Assembly: GCA_002269645.1 (NCBI GenBank)
Contig: NIVC01002387.1
Span: 62,001 to 126,000 of the forward strand
Reading direction: 5' to 3'
DNA from: Macrostomum lignano
Taxonomy: Eukaryota
DNA: 64,000 nucleotides
Below are positions 39,633-50,700 of the stretch, one piece after another. A program made the translations under genes and the position numbers. The first letter of the stretch is position 1; each line of letters opens with the position of its first letter. The notes beneath the pieces are model-generated. The model saw only the letters and a list, made by a program, of their open reading frames with translations, searched no databases and was not told where the DNA came from.

Positions 39633-40349
39633 GAGAGCAATGGGAGAATGGAATTCGAGGGGGCAATGGGAGGCTTTTTTAAGAGTATTTTTTGTTGCAT
39701 TTAATAGCGCTTAGGAATACAGGCCCCTCGTAAATTTGAGTTCTGCATCTCGCCTAAGGAAGATGGCGAGCCGATGAAACTTAGTTAATAAATTGATTTC
39801 CCCCAGGCTATGCCTCTCACCAAAGTCTGCGGTTGCCAAAAGTCCCAACTAAAGAAATATATTGAATTTCGTTCATTCCGAATCTTAGAGAGGCACATTA
39901 CTGAGTAAAACAAACAGCAATCAGATTAAGTTTGAAGTAGGGCAGGGAAGTGTGGGGAGAAAATTTCCCAGAAAAAAGTCAGAGACCCACACGTACAGAC
40001 AGACTGAGGGAGTGATTGATGAGAATCCAAATTCTGCATAGCTTTTACATACAGTAGCCCACCCTGTACAGCTAATTTCAGGGGCAGACAGACTGCAGGG
40101 CCGGCCATATTAGGGATGCGGCGTAACTATGGGATGAAATCTCGATTTTTATTGCCTAATGCCGGGTTTGGATTAATGGCGTTGACGAGCCGTGATACAC
40201 TAATCCTCTTCTAACAATAATCATGCGATATTATATCACATTTATTCACCGAATATGAAATGCTTCAACTAGAGGTGTCGCCATAGATTCAATGGTAAAG
40301 GGGGGAAGGGAATGACCAAGAGTTTAAAACAAAAAACTCCTTTCTTGGT

Positions 40350-41760
40350 ACTTAGTACTCATTTTAGCGCCGCAGGCACTCATTTTAGCGTCGCAGGTAC
40401 TCATTTTAGCGCCGCAGGCACTCATTTTAGCGTCGCAGGTACTCATTTTAGCGCCGCAGGCACTCATTTTAGCGTCGCAGGTACTCATTTTAGCGCCGCA
40501 GGCACTCATTTTAGCGTCGCAGGCACTCATTTTAGCGCCACAAACACTCATTTTAGCGCCACATACTAATTTTAGCACCACATACTCATTTTAGCGCCGC
40601 AGGCACTCATTTTTGCGCTTCAGGCATACATTTTAGCACTGCAGGCACTCATTTTGGCGCCACAGGCACTCATTTTGGCGCCACAGACACTCATTTTAGC
40701 GCCAGAAACACTCATTTTAGAGCCGCAGGCATTCATTTAAGCGCCGATAGCACTCATTTTAGCGCCAGAAACACTCATTTTAGAGCCGCAGGCATTCATT
40801 TAAGCGCCGAAGGCACTCATTTTAGAGCCGCAGGCACTCATTTTAGCGCCACAGGCACTCATTTTGGCGCCACAGGCACTCATTTTGGCACCACAGGCAC
40901 TCATTTTAGCGCCAGAAACACTCATTTTAGAGCCGCAGGCACTCATTTTGGCGCCACAGGCACTCATTTTGGCACCACAGACACTCATTTTAGCGCCAGA
41001 AACACTCATTTTAGAGCCGCAGGCATTCATTTAAGCGCCGATAGCACTCATTTTAGCGCCAGAAACACTCATTTTAGAGCCGCAGGCATTCATTTAAGCG
41101 CCGAAGGCACTCATTTTAGAGCCGCAGGCACTCATTTTGGCGCCACAGGCACTCATTTTGGCACCACAGGCACTCATTTTAGCGCCACAAACACTCATTT
41201 AGCGCCACATACTAATTTTAGCACCACATACTCATTTTAGCGCCGCAGGCACTCATTTTTGCGCTTCAGGCATACATTTTAGCACTGCAGGCACTCATTT
41301 TGGCGCCACAGGCACTCATTTTGGCGCCACAGGCACTCATTTTGGCACCACAGACACTCATTTTAGCGCCAGAAACACTCATTTTAGAGCCGCAGGCACT
41401 AATTTAAGCGCCAAAGGCACTCATTTTAGAGCCGCAGGCACTCATTTTAGCGCCAAAGGCACTCATTTTTGCGCTTCAGGCATAAATTTTAGCACTGCAG
41501 GCACTCATTTGGCGCCACAGGCACTCATTTTGGCGCCACAGGCACTCATTTTGGCACCACAGGCACTCATTTTGGCACCACAGACACTCATTTAAGCGCC
41601 AAAGGCACTCATTTTAGAGCCGCAGGCACTCATTTTAGCGCCAAAGGCACTCATTTTAGCGCCGCAGGCATTCATTTAAGCGCCAAAGGCACTCATTTTA
41701 GAGCCGCAGGCACTCATTTTAGCGCCAAAAACACTCATTTTAGCGCCAGAGACACTAAAT
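40350..41760. repeat. Minisatellite, 21 bp unit (gcactcattttagcgccgcag) with higher-order block duplications
   Basis: Seen directly. Confidence 0.93.
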
Positions 41761-42370
41761 AGGCGCCCTAAAGCAAAGTTGAGGATTTCCATTTAAGCTG
41801 TGCAGGCTTAAGAGTTCATTTTAGGTCATTAAAACTTTTTGAACAATCCGGTTGCAAGGTGTCTTGTAAAAGGCATGCCCCCTGTCCCCCGACCGGTGGC
41901 GGCAACCCTGGATTGAACTGTGTGAAAAAACGACTATGAAATATCAAAGACACCATACATGCATGCATATTTCCAAGTGATCACGAGTGACTTTCTCATT
42001 TACTCGTAATCAAGACTCACTCAGAGTGACGCTTTGGTTAGAGAGACACCTATCAGCACATGCATGTAAGTTATGGAACTGGCCCTAATTAACTCGAAAG
42101 GTAACGAAGGAATCCAAAATTCTAAGATTAGGTAGGACTTTATTTTTAGCCAGATTTATCTGGTGCAATAGTTAGATGTACTATCAGATTGGAGCCAAGG
42201 ACTACTATCAAAAGGACGCCCTTGAATAGGGGCCCTTTATTCAAGCTCCTATTCTTAAATAATCCAGTTATTCTGTTGACCAGAATCAGTGAGAGAGACT
42301 GTGACGTGATGTCATAGCTTATTGAATTTTGCAATGAATTCATTAATAATTTCTGAATCTCGGAACTTAC

Positions 42371-42568
42371 CCTGGCCAACATGCAGCACATCAGTGACAC
42401 AATAAGTAGTAGCAAGAATGCAATTGAAATGACAATCACTACAGGGTTAATCGCCTCCTTAACGAACACTAGCACTAGCGGAGTTAGTACTAAAGAGATC
42501 ACCTGAACTACAAAAATGACAACTGTCCGGCAGAGATTGCCGTCTGAGCAGCCGCATGCGCGCCGCAT
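42371..42568 (-). CDS. Putative first coding exon of a small two-transmembrane protein
   Basis: MRRACGCSDGNLCR is followed by two hydrophobic stretches (VVIFVVQVISLVLTPLVLVFV; VVIVISIAFLLLLIVSLMCCML) and a consensus donor AGG|gtaagt. The next exon was not found. Confidence 0.5.
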
Positions 42569-44078
42569 GCTGTACTGACGGCTATTAGGCTGACTGGAAT
42601 CCGCGAGCTCTCTACTTACACAGGGATGCCGATCTCAGCTGTCACACGGTTGCAGTTGATGAAAATATATGGGCGCAATGGGAATGAGGGGAAGGAAAAT
42701 TACCCCCCGTCCAATCCAATATTCAGCAGGATCCCAAGCCAGCTCATGCACGGCCAGTGTTGATTTGCTGCGAACGAGTCCATGCGAGCAGCAGGGGTAC
42801 CAAGCATAATCCCGGAAGTCTCCAAGGCTTTAAACGTTCAGATTGTCACGAGGGATGCAATGAAAAGAGGCGAGGAGTATTTGATAAAATTCACTGATTT
42901 ATCAACGCTTCTGACAACAGAGATCGGTTTAGCATTTGGTGAAGTATAATTTTAAATAAATCTTAATAAAAGTCATTACTCTCTAGGTTTACTATAAGTA
43001 GGATGGTACAAACTTTGCAATGTAAAATTTTGATTCAATAAAAAATTCAACAATGATTTTCGTTTGTCTTTGATTGTCTTGGCTAGTATTGTTCTAAGTG
43101 CTATTGCTTGTTGAATATTATTCTATAAATGATTATTTGTTGAGATTTAATATTAAACAAATATTTATTGTTTGATTGAATAAAAACACTAAACATATAA
43201 TTACCTTTATAATAAACAAATATTTTAGAATACATTTTAATGCAACAAATACTGGTATCCTATATCTTTTGCTGTCTCTCAAAGTATAAAATTCTGAAAA
43301 TCAAGTATTTCTAAGTTAGCATCGATTTACCATCTTCATTTCTAAACTGAATCTGATTTTGTAATGTTTTAATCATATTTGCTATTAAATGAAAAAACCA
43401 CCTTGAATTTGTAGAAAATCGAAGCATATTAGACAGTTGTCTAAAATATTTTTCTATTATTTTTGGCTACATTCATTAAACAAAAATTGCTTCAATGCAT
43501 TTTTCAAAATTTTATTTGAAGTAAAGAAAAATATTTTTAATACAAACAGCTGTAAAAATTTAGTTTAGTATTATTGATTAATAACTTTTCAAAACAATCT
43601 AAATATTAGTGTCATAATCCAATAAGCAAGTTTATTTTTAAAATATAAAAAGCACACAAAAACAGACTTTAAATCCAGATTACGCTTGTAATTATTTGCT
43701 TTAGTGAACACTTTTTCTTTCTAATAGTTTCTGAGAACTGCCTCATACAGTTTTTTGACTAGAGAAATAGGAGAATATCAGTGAGTTAATAATACAAAGT
43801 GCTGTGTTAATAGCTATATATAATTTTTTCTAAATATATATTAGAAGGCATAGCATCTAAAAACCAATAATCATTTTTCTATAAAGAATGGGCAGCAGAA
43901 AAAAAGAAAATATTTGATAAGACACTTGCAAATTGGTTAGCTGTATTTGGTTCTTATATTGGCTTTTTAAGAAAAAAAACTCTAATAGAAGCACAAGCAC
44001 AAGGGCTTTGTGGAAAGTGAAGTAAAAAATCCTATAATTTAACCTAGTTAAGTCTATCTGAGAACAGTTATGAAAGCT

Positions 44079-45155
44079 TCACTTCTCCAGCTGAAGCAGA
44101 AGAGGAACAGACACAAAACCTTGCAATGGTAGATATAATTCGCAGAAGGTCTTGTACGAGGTTTCAACATAGACTTCGCGCAATGTGGCATGAAATATCT
44201 TCTGCAAATCCATCAGATCCTCAATGGTGAGCCGCCTCAGCTTCGAGCGATAAGTCACCCTTTTGAATGGACACTGTTTGGGCAGCAGCAGCATTGGCTG
44301 ACTGAAGTCCTGATGAATCTCCAGAGTGAGGCATCTGGTGAGAGTCAGCGCGGCCCACAGCTCGTTTGGACACTGCGTCTCCATCAGTTCTAGTGTGAAA
44401 ATCTGAGTAAATTCGTCCTCGATAGCGCACACTTCGCGCAGTGCTGGAAGGCAGCACAGTGCTCGTATCAGTGGCTCCGATATGTTCAACAGACTGACGG
44501 ATACGCGCTCCAGGTTTACCATTTCCAGCAGGGCTGTATATGACGCGGTGCGAATATCCTTGGTCACGTTGCTAATGTTAAGCACGACTAGGCTGTGCTT
44601 GAGGTGGCAGAAACTATTAAGGAGCATAGATGAGTCATAGTATGACAAGAACAGGTTGCTAAGCTCCAGCCTGCGAACCGAACTTGGAAGCTTTCTGACA
44701 GTTTTAACCAAAACTTCCAGCATTCTGCCGCCAGATCCGAAAGTCACATTGCCATCAAAGATGCAAAAGAATGCGTATTCAAAGCTGCGCAGCAATGGCA
44801 TCGCTTCAGTGCCGAAGTCATCAAAGTATTTAGAAATCATGAATAGAAATTCATACAGGTTGAAATAATTATCAAAAGGTTCGAAACGAATTCCTCGGAT
44901 CTTCGAGCCGAAGCAGTGAAGGTAGCTCTCGAAGAACATATGCTTAACATCCTTTTGTGGTCCCATAAACATGTCTTTTCGCTTTTTTGTAAAAACTTTT
45001 CCATCAATAGTTAAATATGACCACAAGCTCGGACAGTAAAAGGCGTCGTACCACTGGAAACATACCTGGGATGCGTGGTATCGGTCGCGAAAGCCGAGGT
45101 ATTTAAAAACATTTTCAAGAATGGTTATTGGTGCTGATTCCCATTTGATTTTCAT
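44079..45155 (-). CDS. F-box/leucine-rich-repeat protein (FBXL-type), 358 aa
   Basis: N-terminal F-box (WESAPITILENVFKYLGFRDRYHASQVCFQWYDAF..P.LW) followed by LRR-like repeats (VRRLELSN, LVVLNISN, LERVSVS, LREVCA). Confidence 0.88.
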   Translation of the reverse strand: MKIKWESAPITILENVFKYLGFRDRYHASQVCFQWYDAFYCPSLWSYLTIDGKVFTKKRKDMFMGPQKDVKHMFFESYLHCFGSKIRGIRFEPFDNYFNLYEFLFMISKYFDDFGTEAMPLLRSFEYAFFCIFDGNVTFGSGGRMLEVLVKTVRKLPSSVRRLELSNLFLSYYDSSMLLNSFCHLKHSLVVLNISNVTKDIRTASYTALLEMVNLERVSVSLLNISEPLIRALCCLPALREVCAIEDEFTQIFTLELMETQCPNELWAALTLTRCLTLEIHQDFSQPMLLLPKQCPFKRVTYRSKLRRLTIEDLMDLQKIFHATLREVYVETSYKTFCELYLPLQGFVSVPLLLQLEK

Positions 45156-45222
45156 AAGTAAACGTCTTTTCGACGACTAAAAACAATTGTATTCTTTTAG
45201 AATACTTGCCTCAAGAATATTT

Positions 45223-45674
45223 TGTAACGTCGTCGCTTCTGTATTGAAAATGTTCAATTTCGTATTTATGGTTTTTGCAATTAATATTTAAAACTATATC
45301 TATTTTGGTCTAATGTTTGTAACTATTTTTTAGTTACTTTCATCATTTGGTTTAATTTTGTTTTTTCTATTTTCAATTAGTGCGGTTATTCAAATTTTGC
45401 TTCTTGATAGTTTTTGTGTATTGTCTTGCGCTCTGTGTGTTGGTCTTAGTTCCCGTAGGCTTGGTGGCATTAGCATTATATTATCGTCTCAGATTACCCT
45501 TTGGTAAATAGTTGGCATTGCCATACTGCTTCTGACCTACTCACCATTATTCAGACTAGCAATTGAGTTGTTAAATTAATAATACGTATATTGGCCTAGG
45601 ACAAGATCAACACTCAGACTCAGCACACGCACGCGCATCGGTCCCATGTTCTCGAACTAAATAAACTCGTCACA
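45223..45674 (+). repeat. 5' LTR, 452 bp
   Basis: tgtaacg...cgtcaca; no differences from the 3' LTR by visual comparison. Confidence 0.97.
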
Positions 45675-45679
45675 TAAAT

Positions 45680-45695
45680 TTGGAGGGTCCCACCG
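45680..45695 (+). promoter_or_regulatory. Primer binding site, tRNA-Gln-like
   Basis: tggagggtcccaccga just downstream of the 5' LTR is complementary, with one extra G, to the metazoan tRNA-Gln 3' end (…CUCGGUGGGACCUCCA). Confidence 0.7.
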
Positions 45696-46314
45696 AATTC
45701 GTCGAACTCGCATCAGCTCGGATTCAGCTCGCATACGGCTATATGCCATCAAGTATCTGCAGCAGTGCACAGGTACTCTAAAACCAAGTGGCAAGTGTTC
45801 CTGCATCCAACAGCGAGAGCGAGACAAACCCCCGCCATCACGTGACCGCGAGTCACCCCTTAGCTGGCCAACCAGAAGCTACCTGCCCGACTGCCTGCAA
45901 GTTTTCGTCCTTTGGGGTTGCGCGTAACGATACCCCAGTCAGAATCAACGCCAGTCAGAGTCAGCCAATCGAGACTGCACTACAAGTACAAGCGCCAAGA
46001 GACCAACTGACCAACAACAAATTGAGCTTAAGCCGGGAGGCCAAGCCAACGCCGGCGGCAACCCAGGACTACACCGAATCACGTGGCAGTGGCAGAGACC
46101 AGCTAGGTGAGGGAGTTTTCTTAGTATTCAACTCTGCATAGGAACATAGGGCCTGTCTGGCAGAGCCAGTATAATATTTTCTGGGTTAGTTTAATTTTTC
46201 TAGGAATTGTAGTGAGGCTCTTTAACTCTGCCAGACTTCTTTCGTGTTTTTATTATCTGGCCTTTCCTCTCGCCACTCTCTGGCAAAGCAATATCTGTCA
46301 TATCTCGTCTCCTA

Positions 46315-47745
46315 ATGTCCTCTCCTAACGAAGAAAGTGATGAGGCCTTGTCGCCCAATGGGGCTGCTGGCCAGGGCCAGCAGGTTTTACAGTTGCAGAC
46401 AGAGAGTAGCACATCAACGCCACCTGAAGCTGGTGCCTCAAGCCAACAGGCTGCACAGGTTGGAGACACAAGTAGGGATGCGAAACCACCACATGGTATG
46501 GCAGACCAGTCAGACTTAAGTAAGGTCCTCCAGACTCTAACAATGATCCTAGAGAAAACTTGTGACAGAGAGGCGTCCGCAGCAGCTGAGAAACTTTCAA
46601 ACTCGAGCCCAAAGCTACGACCACCACCACCCTTTCAACCCCAAATGAATTTCGAACTATGGGAGACACAGTTTCTGACTTATGTTGAAGCTCATCATGT
46701 CCCAACACCTCAGCAACCAGCTGTCCTATTGTCAATGCTCGCACCTGAGTGCCAAGAATTCATTTTTAACAACTCTCTGCACCGCGAGTCCATTCAAACT
46801 GCACTAAAAAGTCTGAAAGATCGATTCACAGATTCGGGAACAGAACACAAAAGCTACTTAGAGCTTGCGGTTGCCGAACAGTTAAACTCGGAAACAACAC
46901 AGGAGTTCTTTGACAGACTAACAAGACTATCAAAGTCTGCTAATCTTAAAAAACCTACCGCCGAACCCTTGGTGCGAGCTCGGTTTTGCTATGGTCTGAG
47001 AGATAAGGGTCTTGCTGAAAGACTGATCCTCCTGGGTCAAGAAAACCCAACATGGTCTGCTGAAGATTTAGCAAAAAAGGCCAGGGAAATTGCCGGTGTC
47101 AAGAAGCTCTTATCTAGTGAAGTAACTCCAGTCATCAGAGCTGCCGCCCCTGACAGAACAGCAGAATTAGAAGCCCGAATCCGCGAGCTTGAAAAACTAG
47201 TTCAACAGAATCAGACCACTCAGTCTTCAGATCATAATTCAAAAGATTTTCAGAACTTTCCTTCACAAGTGCCGCCTGTCAATCTGGGACAATCTGGCCA
47301 GTACAAGAACAGTAGTCGTTGGTCTAAATCCCCTAAGCGATGCAATCGGTGCAGCGACCATGACCATTTAACTGCGGACTGCCCGAAACCACCGCCCTCC
47401 AATGGGGTAGGGGCAGGTGGAAGACCAACTGGTATGGCCCCAATGATGGAAATAGGAACCATAACGGTTTGGAAAGGTGGATTTGGCTTTATCCAGCCAA
47501 GTCAGATGCCAGACTCCCTCTTTTGCCATTATTCCAGCCTTGACAACGAGTTAAAGCAGGTTGCAAACAGCCATCAGTTAGTAGGCACAACTGTGCAATT
47601 CTTACGCCGAGCAGATCCTGGTCACAAACATGATAGAGCAGTAGGGGTCTGTCGCTACCAAATGCCTGTCCGATGTGACCAATCCTGGGCGGCCGATACT
47701 CCAGTCGAGTCTAGTATGTTTGTGCAGTTGGGAATTGGAGACAAC
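46315..47745 (+). CDS. gag: Gypsy Gag with CCHC zinc knuckle (47341-47382) and a cold-shock-like domain (about 47449-47658)
   Basis: Capsid-like region (FELWETQF...LKDRF...Q...ET..EF..RL..L...FCYGLRD), CNRCSDHDHLTADC = CX2CX4HX4C, then GTITVWKGGFGFIQP...LFCHYSSL...GTTVQF. Confidence 0.9.
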
Positions 47746-50700
47746 AAGGTCACGCTTGCCTTGATTCAGGTTGCAATGCAAGCGTCATGGGCACCAAAGT
47801 CAGAGACCAACTGATTGCAAACGATCCAATCAACAATACATTTATTCCTGCTAGAAAATACCAAGCTGCAACAGCATTTAATGGTACCTCGACACAGATT
47901 CTAGGCACCCTACACTGTGAAGTCAAGCTGGGCAAAATATCACAGACTCACGTGTTCCTAGTCACAGAAGGTCAAGTTACAGACGTCCTCTTAGGAATAG
48001 ACTTTATGAGAGGTTTTAACGTGAACCTGCTTGTTGCAGATGGTCAGGTAACTGTAGCGGGCGAAGTGGTACCTGTGATTGAAGGCGATCGGGGAGTCTT
48101 TCAAGCTCGCAGAGTCACTGCAGCTTGCAACGTGCAGTTACCCCCCAGATCAGAGACCATGGTGCCAAGCCGAGTCATTGGTGCAGATCCTGGCTCTCCT
48201 GGATTCCTGGGCACCAAGCTCTTTTGTTACGACTCGGAATTCTTTGTGGCTCATTCTGTGGATAGTGTGAGCACCACTGGTCATGTCCTGGTACGCCTAT
48301 TGAATAGTGGCAACCAGCCGTCCGAAATTGCTGCGGGACAGGAGATCGCCTCCTTTCAAAGCTTAAGAGTTGGTGAGACCATCTCGCACACTGCTCTCAC
48401 CGAGAAGGACTTCTCAGTTAGCAGTTCCAAAGATCTGGGAACCAAGCTTGCTAAACTTCCTGACCCTGATCTTGGCACAGCATCTTGGCTAAAGAAGCAG
48501 TTCAAACTAGAAGAGTCCACCCTGTCAGAAACCCAGTTGACAGTAACATTAAAACTGTTAAACTATTTCCTCAGTGCGATATCTAAAAGTGACACGGATT
48601 TAGGGAAAACACACCTTCACGAGATGGCTATTGAGCTCAACGAACCAACCTGCCGACCCATCTCGCAACCCTCAAGACGCACAACATCAGCGCAAAAAGA
48701 ATTTTTAGATCGGCACATAAACCAGCTAATTGAACAAGGAGTAATCGAAGAAAGCAACTCAGAATGGGCTTCTCCCATAGTCTTAGTTAGGAAAAAAGAC
48801 GGCTCGCAGCGCCTTTGCATTGATTACCGTAGTGTCAACAAAGTCATAAAACCGTGCACCTTTCCGCTGCCTCTAATAGATGAGTCCTTTGATAGCTTAG
48901 CGGGGTCAAAGGTATTCTCAAGTTTAGATCTTACATCTGCCTACTGGCAGGTAGGTATCCGAGAACAGGACCGTGATCTCACGGCCTTCACATGTCCCCA
49001 GGGGACCTATCGCTGGAAAGTTGTCCCATTCGGGATAAAAACAGCCCCAGCGAACTTTGCCAAGTTGATGCACAAAGTTTTCCGACCTTTATTAATGCGC
49101 GTCAGCCTCATCTACTTGGACGACATCATTATAAAAGCCAGAGACAATGACGAAATGATCGTCCACCTGGCCCTTGTCCTTTGGCAACTTAAAAAGGCCA
49201 ATCTAAAAATCAAGCCATCGAAATGTGAACTTTTTAAGGATCGAGTTCGTTTCTTAGGATTCGTCGTCTCCTCCCAGGGCATAGAAGCAGATCCGACTAA
49301 GATCGACGCTGTTAGAAACTGGTGCAAGCCAACAGACAAAGGCAATTACTAGCTTTCTTGGATTCGCGAATTACTACAGGAAATTTGTAGCTCGATTTTC
49401 TGTAATCGCATCTCCTCTGTATTCGTTGGCCAAAGGGTCATCAAAATTCTGCTGGCTCGAACATCACGACAGAGCATTTGAAGAGTTGAAGGCCAATTTA
49501 TGTGCTCCTCCAGTTCTAGCATATCCTGACCTCAAGCCGTCAGCTGGGCCCTTCATCTTGGACTGTGACTCCTCGCTCGAAGGAGTTGGTGGAGTATTGT
49601 CACAAGAAGGCCCAGATGGACAAGAGCACGTTGTGGCGTACGCGTCCAAGAAATTCACGCACTCCCAGCGGAACTATTGTGCTACTATGCGCGAACTACT
49701 TGGCTTGGTCATTATGTTAGAACACTTCAGAACGTACCTCTTGGACCGCAGTTTTCTGGTGCGTTCCGATGCAGCAGCCTTGCAGTGGCTGCACACCAAA
49801 AAACATAGCACGGGCATGCTAGCTCAGTGGCTGGCAACCATTGACGTCTACAACTTTAAGGTATGTCAGACACCACTGGAACGACTTGCGGAGTATGACT
49901 TCTCAGTGGAGCATCGTCCTGGCCGTGATCATGTTAACGCGGATATGCTCAGCCGCAACCCCAGGTTTAGGTCAGATCACCATGACTGCCCAACGTGCAG
50001 CAAAATCCCTGCTTTCCAAGACAAATTTAGGAAGTTGGAGGAGCAAAGGTGCCAGGACGAGGATGAGGATACAGACAGCATGCCCGCTGTGCAGCTGAGA
50101 ACAGCACAAATAGACGCTTGCTGCCAGACGGAGCCCCACCAATCAAACCAAGAGCCGAAGTATCCTTCCGAGATTTTGACCAGCCATGAAGGGTCGGATG
50201 AGGTCAGAAGCCATCGGTCCCTTAGCTTGCCTTCGACAGCCCAGGAACCGGACCCGGAGGGAGAAACATCTGAGGATGAGATGTCAGAAAATTCCGAGAA
50301 TCTATGGGCTAGAGAAGCTCAAGAATCTAGCACAGATCTCGTGAGATTGATTGAGGCCGTTGAAGGGAAATCTCCAAGACTAACTAAGGTTGAAGTCCAG
50401 GACTGCAGTCGTGAAATTCGAACGCTTTGGGCCATGTTTGACGAACTCGAGGTTGTAAATGGCCTTCTGACTCGCGTCAAACCCGCTAAGCAGGGCCAAG
50501 TCAGTCAGCGACTCATAATCATACCAGAGACAGCAGATGTTGATGAGCTAGTTTCCTGCTATCACAGAGACATTAATCACTGCGGAATCAACAAAACAGT
50601 CCGGGCCTTAAAACAAAGGTTCCAAATCACAAACCTCGAAGTATTCGTGAAGGGAATCATTGCTGAATGCGAGGTATGCTGCCGCACTAAGAAAAACAAA

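Noticed and set aside
39046-41030. ERMGS, WDLRE, AAGTHFS and MSACGAK repeat ORFs
   Set aside because: Open in several frames on both strands, with no signal peptide or processing logic; typical minisatellite artefacts.
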